Shown piece by piece: positions 1 through 11,047 of a DNA stretch of 64,000 nucleotides (within the stretch, counting starts at the first letter, position 1; each line of letters opens with the position of its first letter). The DNA comes from Nitrososphaerales archaeon (GTDB lineage: Archaea > Thermoproteota > Nitrososphaeria > Nitrososphaerales > UBA213). Made by a program: the position numbers and the translations under genes. The notes under the pieces are model-generated. The model was given only the letters and a program-made list of their open reading frames with translations, was not told the origin of the DNA and did no database searches. The stretch spans positions 896,001 through 960,000 of the forward strand of contig CBDAOC010000020.1 in the NCBI GenBank assembly GCA_965197925.1, read 5' to 3'.

Positions 1-72
1 GAAGCACATGCTCAGAAGTTAATCAATCAGAGGCATCAAGTTATTTTTGTTATGAAATTATGTCCATACCTC
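1..72 (+). mobile_element. 3' end of IS type B (transposase C-terminus and right IR)
   Basis: Nearly identical to 59517-59590 (KHML..S*, ...aattatgtccatacctc). Confidence 0.85.
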
Positions 73-628
73 ATTTAATTAGCTATTGATAAGAGATTAT
101 ATTAACTCCTTGTCTCCCTTTAGGCCTATCTTCCAAAATATAATTTACCTTAATTGTAGATGTTTGTTGTTAATTGCTGTATCTAGAGTTGTTATTGTTA
201 GATCTTTAAAAATACCTTAAAGGTTTCTCAGAAAAAGAAAATTTGATTTGAAAAGAAGAATAGAGCAGAAAAAAAAGTATTTGTTTTGTATGTATTCCAT
301 TAGCCCTAGCTAGCTATATGCACAATATTTTCTAGTCAAATTATTTAGCAGATGATACTCTTTTTTTGTCTTACCCTATTTGTTATAACCAATATTTCCT
401 GTTAATATCCTTCCATCTATTCTTTTCTGGAAATTCCTCTTTCCCTATCAGCTAATTCTAGATATTGCTTCTTGATGGTGTTGTGTGATAGTTGTTAATA
501 TCTTAGGTAAGTGTTGGGTAGCAAGAATCAGAATCTATTGATTGATGCGTTGAAAGATAACTTATAATCAGAGTCTGACGGGTAAAGTAGAAGTTATTAT
601 TGAGACTCATCCTACAAAATCATACAGC

Positions 629-1402
629 CTAGTTCTTCTTAGCCTTTCTAAATCCATGAGTAAATGAGGGATTGTAAACCTGCGAATAGTTATAACTTTT
701 TGGTTTTATTACGTCTCCAACTATGACAACCGCGGTCCTGCTCACATTAGCTTTCTTCACCTTCTTTGCTATATCTGTAAGCGTACCAGTTATTATGAGC
801 TCATCCTCCCAGCTTGCTCTGTAAACTACAGCAGCAGGAGTCTCCTTCACGTAACCTCCAATCAACATCTCCTTGATCAATTGGTCTATTAGATGTACAC
901 TAAGGTAGAATACCATCGTAGTTTTATGCTTAGCCAATTCCGAAATCTTCTCTCTTGTAGGAACCGGTGTACGCAATTCAGCCCTTGTTATGATAACTGT
1001 TTGAGTTATCCCTGGCAACGTAAGCTCAAGTTTCAACCTAGCGGCTGCTGCAAATACCGCACTTATTCCAGGAATAACTTCACATTCTATACCCTCCTCT
1101 TCTAATTTGTCAATTTGTTCTCGAATAGCGCTGAACAAGGCAGGGTCACCATCATGAAGCCTCATAGTGAGCTTTCCTCTTTTTGCATTGTTCCTTAGAA
1201 TTTCGAATATTTTTTCTCTGTCTATCTTTGCAGCATCAATCAATTCCATACTTTTCTTATTATAATCTAATAGTTTGGGGTTGAGCAAAGATCCAGAATA
1301 CACTATTATCTCTGCTGCTTCGATCAATTTTTTTGCTTTCAACGTAATTAGTTCAGGATCTCCAGGTCCTGCACCAACAAAAAATACCTTACAGTTATTC
1401 AC
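629..1402 (-). CDS. cbiF: Cobalt-precorrin-4 C11-methyltransferase
   Basis: VGAGPGDPELIT, RLHDGDP, ELTLPGITQTVIITR, YRASW motifs of CobM/CbiF. Confidence 0.92.
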   Translation of the reverse strand: MNNCKVFFVGAGPGDPELITLKAKKLIEAAEIIVYSGSLLNPKLLDYNKKSMELIDAAKIDREKIFEILRNNAKRGKLTMRLHDGDPALFSAIREQIDKLEEEGIECEVIPGISAVFAAAARLKLELTLPGITQTVIITRAELRTPVPTREKISELAKHKTTMVFYLSVHLIDQLIKEMLIGGYVKETPAAVVYRASWEDELIITGTLTDIAKKVKKANVSRTAVVIVGDVIKPKSYNYSQVYNPSFTHGFRKAKKN

Positions 1403-2123
1403 GCTTTACCACCAAGATCGAAAAATATTTTTCAGCAGGTTCTCCATTTATAACATCTTTCAATTTCGATACTTTCACTATCTCACCATCAACGGATACT
1501 TCCTGCGCAATCGCGACTAGCGAATTATCAGAAAACCCAGATTGCTTGAGCATTTCTATAACTTTAGTAAAATACCTTCCATCCTTTAGGAAAATTAAAG
1601 TATCACATGAACTGGCCGTTGACTTTACCTTGTTAAGATCGTAACATGCAGGAAGAATTGCTAATGTTTCCTCGCCTTCTGCCAAACTGATCTTAGCCTG
1701 GGATGCAAATGCGAACATAGATGCAACACCTGGAACCACTTCTATTTTAATCGCCGGATATCTATCCTTCAATTCCTTGTGAATGTAGATAAAAGTGCTG
1801 TATAGTGAAGGGTCTCCCACCGTTAGATATACTAAATTCCTTTCCCCATCACTTTTCTGAGCTATCTGGTCTGCATTGTCCCTCCATGTTTTCTGTAGAG
1901 TCGCTTTATCTTTGACCATGGGAAATACAAGATTAATTATTTCAGGATTATCTTTTCTTTCTCTTAAAATTGGTTTCACTATAGACAAAGCCATACTATC
2001 TCTTCCCGGCCTTGCGGTTGGGCAAAAAATCGTATCTGCTGATTTGATAATATTAACAGCCTTTAGTGTTAGCAATTCAGGGTCGCCTGGACCACATCCT
2101 ACGCAAAATAACTTCCCACTCAT
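1395..2123 (-). CDS. cbiL: Cobalt-precorrin-2 C20-methyltransferase
   Basis: GCGPGDPELLTLKA, LVFPM, GDPSLYST, KYFS motifs; overlaps cbiF. Confidence 0.9.
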   Translation of the reverse strand: MSGKLFCVGCGPGDPELLTLKAVNIIKSADTIFCPTARPGRDSMALSIVKPILRERKDNPEIINLVFPMVKDKATLQKTWRDNADQIAQKSDGERNLVYLTVGDPSLYSTFIYIHKELKDRYPAIKIEVVPGVASMFAFASQAKISLAEGEETLAILPACYDLNKVKSTASSCDTLIFLKDGRYFTKVIEMLKQSGFSDNSLVAIAQEVSVDGEIVKVSKLKDVINGEPAEKYFSILVVKRE

Positions 2124-2162
2124 TGAGTTAGCATAATTTACTGCCTTATTTAAACTCAGTAA

Positions 2163-2753
2163 TCATATTTTTTCTGCAGCTATTATTATAACAGGATTTC
2201 TAGCCAACATCATCGTACCACTCTTAACTTTTCTGCTTTTAGCTATTGTTATTTGTGTCAGGTCTAAATTTACCAAATTCAATTGGTTTATTGCTTCAAG
2301 TGAATGAAACATTGTTTCAATTAGTATTGTATTGATCACAATTCTTCCTCTGCTCTTTAATTTGTCGTAAGCCATCTTGATTATATCAAAAGTGTCACCA
2401 CCAGTTCCCCCGACAAATATTACATCTGCACTAGGCATATTGCTAATTATCTCCTGTGCCTTTGAATGAATGATCTTTGTATTTGAAACATTGAATTTTG
2501 CAACATTTTTTTTAGTTAATTTGATTGCATTTTCATCTTGATCTATTGCGTAAACTGTGCCCTCCGGAGTTATTTGCCTTGCGACTTCTACTGTTAAACT
2601 ACCACTCCCGCATCCAACATCTATCACAATAGCGCCTGCACTCAATCTTCCTTTGCTTATCGTAACTGTCCTAACCTCTTCTTTAGTAATAGGAACATTT
2701 TCTTCTCGTTCAAACATTTCGTCAGGAATACCTGGTGTTCTAAAGTTCCACAA
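2163..2753 (-). CDS. cbiT: Cobalt-precorrin-6B C15-methyltransferase (decarboxylating)
   Basis: PGIPDEMF..PITKEEVR, DVGCGSG SAM motif, ARNPV. Confidence 0.9.
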   Translation of the reverse strand: MWNFRTPGIPDEMFEREENVPITKEEVRTVTISKGRLSAGAIVIDVGCGSGSLTVEVARQITPEGTVYAIDQDENAIKLTKKNVAKFNVSNTKIIHSKAQEIISNMPSADVIFVGGTGGDTFDIIKMAYDKLKSRGRIVINTILIETMFHSLEAINQLNLVNLDLTQITIAKSRKVKSGTMMLARNPVIIIAAEKI

Positions 2754-2793
2754 TTAAGACTTCCACTGCTGAAAACTGTATTTAATCTATCTA

Positions 2794-3075
2794 TTAGCCA
2801 ACTGTATAAGTATTATACAAAATCCATACAATCATGAACGTAAATACATATCCTGCCATACCAGTGGTCACCATCTTCCTGTATTCCGTTGGAAGTAGAT
2901 ATGTTGAAATGTAGACTCTCGCAATTATATAAGAAGCAAAATAGACCATGAACCCAACTCCTATACCTCTGAATGCCTGGGGATTGAAACTAAGATAGCC
3001 AAGTGCTCCGGCAGCTATGCCTGCTAACACGCCTAAACCTATTCTCATCCAGAAAATCCTGTCTATAGGACCCAA
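2794..3075 (-). CDS. Small three-TM membrane protein, EMC6/Rab5ip-like
   Basis: WMR..LGVLAGIAAGALG N-terminal helix and YVFTFMIVWILYNT C-terminal helix resemble the EMC6 pattern. Confidence 0.6.
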   Translation of the reverse strand: MGPIDRIFWMRIGLGVLAGIAAGALGYLSFNPQAFRGIGVGFMVYFASYIIARVYISTYLLPTEYRKMVTTGMAGYVFTFMIVWILYNTYTVG

Positions 3076-3501
3076 AGCCTTCCCGCTTCTTTGTACGCAA
3101 ACTCTGTTTAATTCCTTTTGGTAGGCATAAGAGTATAAATTTGGTGCATGTAAGCAAAAATATCTTAAACCCTCTCGTATAGCCGCGGTACAAGGTAAAC
3201 GAAATAAAGAAGAAAATCATTAACTGATATCAAATTAATAATCTTCATGGAATTACAATAGATTCCATTAATAAAATCTCTGCTATATGTTTTATTCGCA
3301 TCAGGTAATTCCTTATCACCAGATCTGTAATAAGGCTCAAAACGGACTTTACCCTGCTAAAGATGTATTTTCTAAACCTAAAATGGGTTTGATTTTTATG
3401 ATATAATCTTGTACTACCAAGAGGAGATTGGATATCATCTTTGCACACGAAGTGATAAAAGTGATCTTCATCAAAATGATTAAAAGCGAGAGCGTATAAG
3501 C

Positions 3502-4089
3502 ATGATTATGAGCGATAGAGGAGAAACACATGCTACTAGTAGATTAATGGTGAAGGATATCATGAATAGTCCGGTAATAACAGCTTCGCCAAGTGATAAT
3601 ATGAAGGTTATTGCTGAAGAAATGATCAAGGCTGGTGTGGGAGGCATAGTGATTTTAGATGATGATAAACCTGTTGGAATTGTAAGCGACGGGGATATAG
3701 TATCCAAGACTGTTGCAAAGGATCAAATGCCCAGCAAAGTACTTGCTAAAGATGTAATGCACCCCTTGCATACAATAGGGAGTGAAGAAAGGATACTGGA
3801 AGCTGCGAGGCTATTGCGCAAGCACAATATAAAACGGTTAGGAGTTACTTACAAGAATAAACTGGTAGGAATGATCTCCTCATCTGACGTAATAGCAGTG
3901 ACACCCGAGCTTATCGATGTTGTTTCAGAAAAGGCTAATATATTGAGGGGAGAGTTCGGCAGGAAGCCAAGTCTTGTGTCTGGTTACTGTGATGAATGCA
4001 ATCAATGGTCAGAGTATTTACAGTACGTTGATGGAACATTCATTTGTGAAGAATGTAGGGGAGATGTTCCCGCTAAAGATCAGAGATGA
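3502..4089 (+). CDS. CBS-domain protein with C-terminal Zn ribbon
   Basis: Tandem CBS motifs (VKDIMNSPVIT, PVGIVSDGDI); CDEC...CEEC. Confidence 0.85.
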   Translation: MIMSDRGETHATSRLMVKDIMNSPVITASPSDNMKVIAEEMIKAGVGGIVILDDDKPVGIVSDGDIVSKTVAKDQMPSKVLAKDVMHPLHTIGSEERILEAARLLRKHNIKRLGVTYKNKLVGMISSSDVIAVTPELIDVVSEKANILRGEFGRKPSLVSGYCDECNQWSEYLQYVDGTFICEECRGDVPAKDQR

Positions 4090-4577
4090 ATTTTGTCAGT
4101 TTTATCATCGACGGTATGCTTGGAAGCTTGGCAAGAAAATTGCGATTGTTAGAGTATGATACTCTCTATTATAGTGATGTTGATGATGAGAAACTTATAG
4201 AAATCACTGCTCTACAAAATAGAGTTCTGATAACACGTGACAAAATGCTGTTCAAGAGGGTTATGAATACAGGTATTATTAGTGTGTTATTAGATGGGTC
4301 AAGTGACATAACTGATATGGTACATCTATTAAGAAATTTTGGAATTTCTTCTGTTGAGTTCTTACCTGAAAAGTCTAGATGTTCGTTGTGTAACAGTGAA
4401 TTAGATAAATGTGATAAATCTTTTGCAAATAAAATTATTCCTGCCAAGGTTACCAAAATGCATGAAAGATTTTATTTCTGCCACCATTGTAACAAGGTAT
4501 ATTGGGGTGGGGGCCACTTTAGGAAGCTGCAAGAGTTTGGAATCACCGTTAGAAAGAGGTTAAACAATGCATCTTAG
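4086..4577 (+). CDS. Mut7-C RNase (DUF82, PIN-like) protein
   Basis: FIIDGMLGSLARKLRLL.YD, RVLITRD, RCSLCN, CHHCNKVYW.G.H. Confidence 0.88.
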   Translation: MNFVSFIIDGMLGSLARKLRLLEYDTLYYSDVDDEKLIEITALQNRVLITRDKMLFKRVMNTGIISVLLDGSSDITDMVHLLRNFGISSVEFLPEKSRCSLCNSELDKCDKSFANKIIPAKVTKMHERFYFCHHCNKVYWGGGHFRKLQEFGITVRKRLNNAS

Positions 4578-5190
4578 GGAAGAGGATGGATCAGAACTAG
4601 TAAAACTGGCAAGATATGCTATAGAAAATTATCTAGTTGAAAAAAATACAATAACTACCCAAGGTCATATCGCAATGAAGTATAAAGAGAAGTCTGGGGT
4701 ATTTGTAACGCTTAATTCTGCTAAGACCAACCCAGAAAGACTCAGATGATGTATCAGTTTTCCTAATGCAGACAGCGTCTTGCATGTTGCTGTAATAAAT
4801 GCTGCAATAGCATCTGCTACTAACGATCCTAGGTTCAAACCAGTTGTAAAGGAAGAACTTGACAGTATTACAATTGAGATAAGTGTGCTAACGCAGCCTC
4901 AATAGATTGTGGTAAAAGATCCCAGGCAGTTCAAGGAGAAAATAAAAATTGGTAATACTGGATTGATAGTGAAATGGCGTTATGGTTCTGGTCTGTTATT
5001 GCCACAAGTTCCAGTTGAATATGGATGGGATGAAGAACACTTTCTGTGTGAAACATGTATCAAGGCTGGTGCATTGCCAGACTGCTGGTTTTATGAGGAT
5101 ACAATAATATACAGATTTGATGCGCTTGTGTTTAAGGAGGTCGAACCTGGAAGGAACGTAATCAGGGTTCCCCCCGATGTAAAAAAATGA
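4567..5190 (+). pseudogene. AMMECR1-family protein interrupted by in-frame TGA at 4747-4749
   Basis: GVFVTL..LR*CISFP (expected LRGCIG), continuing in frame to DPRF, IEISVLT, GLLLPQV. Confidence 0.85.
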
Positions 5191-5556
5191 TCATGGCTTG
5201 TATCGAGAAAAATGTCTAACGTAAGCTTTTAGAAATTCCTTGGCAAAGACGTCCGCATATTTCTCGGTACCTTTATGCTTCCCTGAATTAGACCTCAAAT
5301 GATGATAGAATTCGTGGAGCATGATAAAAGGATTGAACATTATTATTGAATTTAAAGCTAGTATAGTATTATTTTTTTTGATGTATACGGCCAAAACATT
5401 TTTTCTACGACCCTTCACAGTACCTACTCGTAACTTAGGCTTTTCCACTCTGTACATTGTGGAAAGAAGTTCAAAAGCATCTTCAGTTCTCTTCGCAAGT
5501 ATGAGCCGTACAACCCTTGCTTTGTTTTCGTCGTCAAGATACACGTAACTACCCAT
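5191..5556 (-). CDS. Hypothetical protein with HExxH (zincin-like) motif
   Basis: PFIMLHEFYHHLR...E.YAD.FA. Confidence 0.6.
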   Translation of the reverse strand: MGSYVYLDDENKARVVRLILAKRTEDAFELLSTMYRVEKPKLRVGTVKGRRKNVLAVYIKKNNTILALNSIIMFNPFIMLHEFYHHLRSNSGKHKGTEKYADVFAKEFLKAYVRHFSRYKP

Positions 5557-6218
5557 AATAATTAGTCGATGTTGTACCCAATATACCTTGATACTATAAT
5601 ATGCATTTTAAGATAATAATTGAAACTCACAGGATGATATATGATGTACTCCTTTCCACTTATGTTTCGGCAGCAAACGTTCATGAGAAGAAATATTATA
5701 CATTAAACGGATATTATTGTAGATAATGGATTTGAACTGATAAGATTAACCATCATTATAGGAAAGAGATTAGATTTTCTAAATGCAGAACGGATTAATT
5801 TATGTATACATATATCATGTATGGCGAACACTAGAGCTATAGAAGAAGTTTCCTAATTCGCGGATACGTGTAATAAGTACGGTATTTGCATAAATCAGTT
5901 TAGTAGATGATTGGTGTGACTCAAAGGAGGACAAATATAACTACGAATAATATAGTTCATCTACTGTCTTGTCAAGCAGTACGATCTAGAGGTATTGGTA
6001 TGAACAAATTTCCATGGATTACATATATGATTTGTTGGCATTAATACCAAGTCTTACTAGAGTCCAAAACTCCTTCTGGAATCATTATTTCCTAATTACT
6101 GAAACCATAACAGATAAGTTCTTCTACATAGATAGGATTTTAGACCCGTTCTAAATTAGTGTTGAATTTCATGATTTTTTAGCAATAAACATTTAATCCA
6201 TAAAATTGATCTATAGAT

Positions 6219-6992
6219 GTGGGTAACAACAAGATATGTACTACAATAGGTACTAGCGACATCAATAAACTAGGAATCATGTTCGATGATTCTCTTAATA
6301 GCAGCGCAAATTATTTTGAAATCAGATTCGACTTTCTTGATAACTCAACATTGAATGATGCTCTGGCTGTTGTTCTAGATTACAAAGACCAAGCTGTTTT
6401 TACTTGTAGAGCACAAAATGAAGGAGGAAATTATCGTGGTGCAGAGCAAGATAGGTTAAAAATACTAGGGCGATTAGCAGCTTTTAGACCTATGTTATTA
6501 GATATTGAATATCAAACCATGAAAGAGAATGAATATTTGTTAGATCAAATCATGGCGCTAAATTGTGATATTTTGGTATCATGGCATGACTTTGAGGAAA
6601 CACCAACTAAAGACCACCTTATAAGTATGTCAGAAAAGATGAAAGAGTACAGCAATAACATAAAGATCGTTTGTATGGCAAAGAGCTTGGAAGACAGTAT
6701 TTCAGTATTGAAACTATATGAGAATGCAAGGATATCGAATATAAATTTAATAGCATTTTGCATGGGTGAATATGGTATACTTTCAAGAGTGCTATGTACT
6801 TATGCGGGTTCAAGATTCACTTATGCAAGTCTTGAGGAGGCATTAGCGCCGGGACAGTTGACTATAAAGCAAATGCAAACAATATTTGAAAGACTTGATC
6901 ATGAAAAGTCAGAGTTAAATAATTATGACAAATGGAAGAACAGACAAGATTTCAATGACATCCTTAACGTCATAAATGATAGCGTACGATAG
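6219..6992 (+). CDS. aroD: Type I 3-dehydroquinate dehydratase
   Basis: EIRFD, FTCR..EGG, SWHDFEETP, FCMG..G.LSR, APGQL. Confidence 0.92.
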   Translation: MGNNKICTTIGTSDINKLGIMFDDSLNSSANYFEIRFDFLDNSTLNDALAVVLDYKDQAVFTCRAQNEGGNYRGAEQDRLKILGRLAAFRPMLLDIEYQTMKENEYLLDQIMALNCDILVSWHDFEETPTKDHLISMSEKMKEYSNNIKIVCMAKSLEDSISVLKLYENARISNINLIAFCMGEYGILSRVLCTYAGSRFTYASLEEALAPGQLTIKQMQTIFERLDHEKSELNNYDKWKNRQDFNDILNVINDSVR

Positions 6993-7831
6993 TGAGACAA
7001 ATGTCAACAAATGAAGGCTTCAGAACCTATTGTATTGTCGGTGATCCCATAACTCATTCGCTTTCACCAGCAATGCATAATGCTGCTTTTAAAGCCTTGA
7101 ACTTAAATTGTGTCTATTTTGCTTTTAGGATTGCAAGGAACGAATTAGATGCTGGATTATTATCGTTAAGGAAAGTAAGTGTGGCAGGGTTCAATGTTAC
7201 AATGCCTCACAAAGTTGACATAATACCATTGCTTGACGAACTTGATGAAACAAGTAAAAAGACAGGTGCAGTAAATACAGTAAATAACGAAAAAGAGAGG
7301 TTTGTAGGGTATAATACTGACATTCAAGGATTCATCGAACCTATAAAGCGTAGAAAGATTGATCTGGATGGCAAGACTGTATTGTTGATTGGTGCTGGTG
7401 GCGCTGCGAGAGCAGTAGTGACTGCACTTATGGATGAACATATAAAGGAAATTGTAATTGCAAGTAGGTGTTTAGTAAAATTGAAGATATTGAACGATAT
7501 TTGTAAAGGATCGAATGTTAAGTGTGAAATGATATTATTAAAGGACGTAGAGAAATACTCACCCAAAGCGGATCTTATAGTTAATGCTACACCCATTGGT
7601 ATGAATCGAGAAGCGAGTATAATTACAGCTGAATATTTGAGCAGTGAGAGTATAGTGTATGACCTCGTATACAGACCAATAGAAACAGCCTTGATTAGAA
7701 ATGCTGAAGAAGTTGGAGCTACTGTTATCCACGGTTATGAGATGTTATTGGAACAAGGTGTAAAATCATTTGAAATATGGGAACAAATGGAGGCTCCTCG
7801 CAATGTGATGAAGAAAACATTGGTTGGATAA
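6992..7831 (+). CDS. aroE: Shikimate dehydrogenase (start may be ATG 7001)
   Basis: GDPI.HSLSP.MHN, NVTMPHK, GAVNT, GAGGAARA, NATPIGM. Confidence 0.95.
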   Translation: MRQMSTNEGFRTYCIVGDPITHSLSPAMHNAAFKALNLNCVYFAFRIARNELDAGLLSLRKVSVAGFNVTMPHKVDIIPLLDELDETSKKTGAVNTVNNEKERFVGYNTDIQGFIEPIKRRKIDLDGKTVLLIGAGGAARAVVTALMDEHIKEIVIASRCLVKLKILNDICKGSNVKCEMILLKDVEKYSPKADLIVNATPIGMNREASIITAEYLSSESIVYDLVYRPIETALIRNAEEVGATVIHGYEMLLEQGVKSFEIWEQMEAPRNVMKKTLVG

Positions 7832-7862
7832 TTTATTTGGATAATTTATTTGGATAATTTAT
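7824..7862. repeat. 3 x 13-bp tandem repeat TTGGATAATTTAT over the aroE stop codon
   Basis: Read directly. Confidence 0.95.
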
Positions 7863-7950
7863 TAAATGTAAAAGAGAAGAACTAATTTATGGTTCCTAAT
7901 TTGACAGTCGTGATTAAATATATCACAAAATCTTCATGGGTTGATGGATT

Positions 7951-8802
7951 ATGAAATCAGCTAATGCTACCCTACATGGTGCTATATCAATTGTGAATGC
8001 TATAGCAAACGGGAATGGTTGCTCCTTGGGAATATCACTTGAAGCAAATGCTTCAGTTGAATTTCTGGGTGGCACTGGTATAACATTCGAGCCAAAAGGA
8101 GAGTTCAGGGATGACAAATTGGTAAAAGCTGTTGTAAATAGAGCTGTTCCACAGCAAATGTTGGAACAATATCGCGTAATGGTGAGCATAAATTCTGAAA
8201 TCCCTATAGGTTATGGACTTAAAAGCTCAAGCGCCGTATCAAATGCAATTTCATTAGCGTGTTTAAAACTTGTAAGAGGTAATTCAGGCGATCTTGAAGC
8301 TGTTAATACCGCTGTTGATGCGTCTTTCGATGCAAAGGTTACCATAACTGGGGCATTCGATGATGCTTGTGCATCATACTTTGGTGGTTTTGCAGTCACT
8401 AATAATATAAATAGACAATTGATAAGAATTGAAGAAGCGCCGAATGATCTTTATGCTATAATTCTCCTCCCACAGAAAGCTAAGAGGAATGATCCGTTGC
8501 GATTACGGATGTTATCTAGATTTTTTGATGAAGCATTTTATCTCGCAAAAAATGCAAAATATTGGGAAGCGATGATGCTTAACGGAATACTGGTTTCGGC
8601 TGGATTAACAATGCCGTACGAACCAATAAAGGAAGCTGTTGAGAATGGTGCTCTTGCTGCGAGTGTAAGCGGTAATGGGCCAGCTCTGGCAGCAGTAGCG
8701 TATGAATGGCATCTTGATGATATCGTTAAGTGTTGGCAAGCTTATACTGGCAAAGTATTGGTTACTAAAATAAATAATGAAAGGGCGAAGGTAATTGGTT
8801 AG
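7951..8802 (+). CDS. aroK: Archaeal shikimate kinase (GHMP family)
   Basis: GAISIVNAIA, SEIPIGYGLKSSSA, TGAFDDACAS, SGNGP. Confidence 0.93.
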   Translation: MKSANATLHGAISIVNAIANGNGCSLGISLEANASVEFLGGTGITFEPKGEFRDDKLVKAVVNRAVPQQMLEQYRVMVSINSEIPIGYGLKSSSAVSNAISLACLKLVRGNSGDLEAVNTAVDASFDAKVTITGAFDDACASYFGGFAVTNNINRQLIRIEEAPNDLYAIILLPQKAKRNDPLRLRMLSRFFDEAFYLAKNAKYWEAMMLNGILVSAGLTMPYEPIKEAVENGALAASVSGNGPALAAVAYEWHLDDIVKCWQAYTGKVLVTKINNERAKVIG

Positions 8803-10072
8803 TATTGAGGTAAAGCAATCCAAAATTGGTGGAACTATAACTTGTTCTGCTAGCAAGAGTTATACACATAGAGCAATCGCAATTGCGTCGCTTGCGAGAG
8901 GAGAATCAACTTTAATAAACACACTATTGGCTAGAGACACACTAGCAACAATAAATGGATGCAAAATACTGGGATCCAATCTTTCGCAATCCAATGGAAT
9001 AATCAAGGTTTTTGGTAAGAATAAATTCAATTCAGCCAACAGGGAAATAAATGCTGAAAATTCAGGCACAACTATAAGATTCTTGATTTCTATGTCAACG
9101 CTAGTGGAACTTGGAAGAACAATCTTGACTGGTGATGAAAGTTTACGAAAGAGACCAATGCAACCATTATTAGATGCACTAAAGGATCTTGGTGTAGATT
9201 CAAATTCTGTAGATGGTATGCCTCCTGTTGTTGTGAATGGAGGTGGTATAAAAGGCGGTCATACAGAAATTTATGGTAATGTATCCAGTCAGTTTATCTC
9301 GTCCTTACTGATCTCTTCCATTTATGCAAATAAAGATGTTACGATATCTGTTAAAGGAAAACAAGTATCAAGACCATACATAGATGCTACAGTAGCAACA
9401 ATGAAGCGATTTGGTGTGGAGGTAAAAAACAGACAGTATAGCGATTATGAAATAAGATGCCAGGAATACAAACCAGCAAAATTTGTTGTACCAAGTGATT
9501 TTTCAACTGCTGCTATTTTGCTTGCTGCAGGTGCACTGGTTGGCGAAGTCACTGTTGGTGGTTTGAACTTTGAATTGCCACAAGCAGATGTAAAGATCGT
9601 AGATATCTTGCACGCTATGGGTGTTAACATAAAGATGGACAAAGCTAAGGGCATTATTAGAGTAGAAGAGTCAGGAAGGCTTGAGGGAGGTCTATTCAAT
9701 TTACATGACAGCCCTGATCTGCTGCCAGTTGTATCAATCTTGGCATTGAAAGCACAGAAAAAGGTAACTATTTGTGGAGTTGCGCATGCAAGGGTCAAGG
9801 AAACAGACAGAATATCGAACGTATCTCGGGAGATCAAGAAGCTTGGTGCAGAAGTAGAAGAATTTGAAGATGGTATGAGTATACGGGTTTCAAACAAATT
9901 GAGAAACGCAAGACTAACAGCTTACAACGATCACAGATTGTTCATGGCATTCAGTGTTGCGTCCTTGTTAACAGAAAAATGTATCATAGATGGTCTTGAA
10001 TCAGTAGATGTTTCATATCCAAACTTCGTAAACGACTTGCAAAAATTAGGTGCAAATATCAAAAAATTGTAA
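8795..10072 (+). CDS. aroA: EPSP synthase
   Basis: SKSYTHRA, NSGTTIR, SSQFISS, KETDRI, DHRLFM, SYPNF. Confidence 0.95.
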   Translation: MVSIEVKQSKIGGTITCSASKSYTHRAIAIASLARGESTLINTLLARDTLATINGCKILGSNLSQSNGIIKVFGKNKFNSANREINAENSGTTIRFLISMSTLVELGRTILTGDESLRKRPMQPLLDALKDLGVDSNSVDGMPPVVVNGGGIKGGHTEIYGNVSSQFISSLLISSIYANKDVTISVKGKQVSRPYIDATVATMKRFGVEVKNRQYSDYEIRCQEYKPAKFVVPSDFSTAAILLAAGALVGEVTVGGLNFELPQADVKIVDILHAMGVNIKMDKAKGIIRVEESGRLEGGLFNLHDSPDLLPVVSILALKAQKKVTICGVAHARVKETDRISNVSREIKKLGAEVEEFEDGMSIRVSNKLRNARLTAYNDHRLFMAFSVASLLTEKCIIDGLESVDVSYPNFVNDLQKLGANIKKL

Positions 10073-10149
10073 CTTATGAGAAACCAATTTGTTCTTCTCC
10101 TCTGGAGTAGATAATGTTCATGTATTAAGAATGATGTTACAATTTTTTT

Positions 10150-11022
10150 TCATGATTCCCTGAACATCTTAAGTATTTCATACATTTTTTGATATGATTT
10201 TTCTAGGTTAGCCTGTTTAGAAAGTCTATCTTGTATTTTTTGATATGTCTTAGAAAGTCCTCTAGGATTCTCATCCAGAATATATTTACAAAATTGTTGG
10301 GTAGTTTCAAGAAGAGTCCTTGCATAGTGTTTCATATTTGAATTTGACATCAGTAAGGATTTGAACAGTTCAGGGTGATCATTCATTATGCTTTCACTAA
10401 CAAGGGATTGCATCCTGTAAGTTGAACCCCCAATCTCCTTTAATCTATCAAATTCTTTTTCATCAGAGATTATCTTCGCAAATATGGCATTGTTCAAATG
10501 TGTAAGTCCTAGCACTACTGCTATTATCTTATCATGATCTTTAACATCTACTATTACTAATGATGCACCATGTAGTAATTTTTTAGCATTTCTTAACTCT
10601 GTATGTACATCGAAGACCGGAATCAATGCGATCTTCATTTCATTAATATCTTCTGCACCAGGCCCAAACAAGGGATGAACACATAAAGGCTTCAGCTTAT
10701 ACATTCGGACAACCTCAGACAAAATTTTATGGGCTTCGTGCTTTATAGAAGAAATCTCAATCAGAGTAGCACCGATCATCATATATTTTGATACGTGGAG
10801 TAATACACGCTTCATCGAATTCATAGGCACACATACAATTACAATGTCTGAATTCATCAGGACAAATTTCAAATTGTCAACAATATTGACTCCCAATCTC
10901 TTTAGTTTCTTCAAAGATTGATTATCGGTATCATACACAAACACCTTATGCTTGTGTTTAACGAAATACTTTGTAAACCAAGAACCCATCTTTCCTGCTG
11001 CCCCTATGACTGTAATACGCAT
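10150..11022 (-). CDS. tyrA: Prephenate/arogenate dehydrogenase
   Basis: IGAAGKMG, EISSIK, HPLFGPG, HDKIIA.VLGLTH. Confidence 0.9.
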   Translation of the reverse strand: MRITVIGAAGKMGSWFTKYFVKHKHKVFVYDTDNQSLKKLKRLGVNIVDNLKFVLMNSDIVIVCVPMNSMKRVLLHVSKYMMIGATLIEISSIKHEAHKILSEVVRMYKLKPLCVHPLFGPGAEDINEMKIALIPVFDVHTELRNAKKLLHGASLVIVDVKDHDKIIAVVLGLTHLNNAIFAKIISDEKEFDRLKEIGGSTYRMQSLVSESIMNDHPELFKSLLMSNSNMKHYARTLLETTQQFCKYILDENPRGLSKTYQKIQDRLSKQANLEKSYQKMYEILKMFRES

Positions 11023-11047
11023 ATTAGCTATCCATTATCAATCCTTT

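Noticed and set aside
5560..6218. Remnant of upstream shikimate-entry genes before aroD
   Set aside because: No recognisable motif in any frame; cannot be supported by eye
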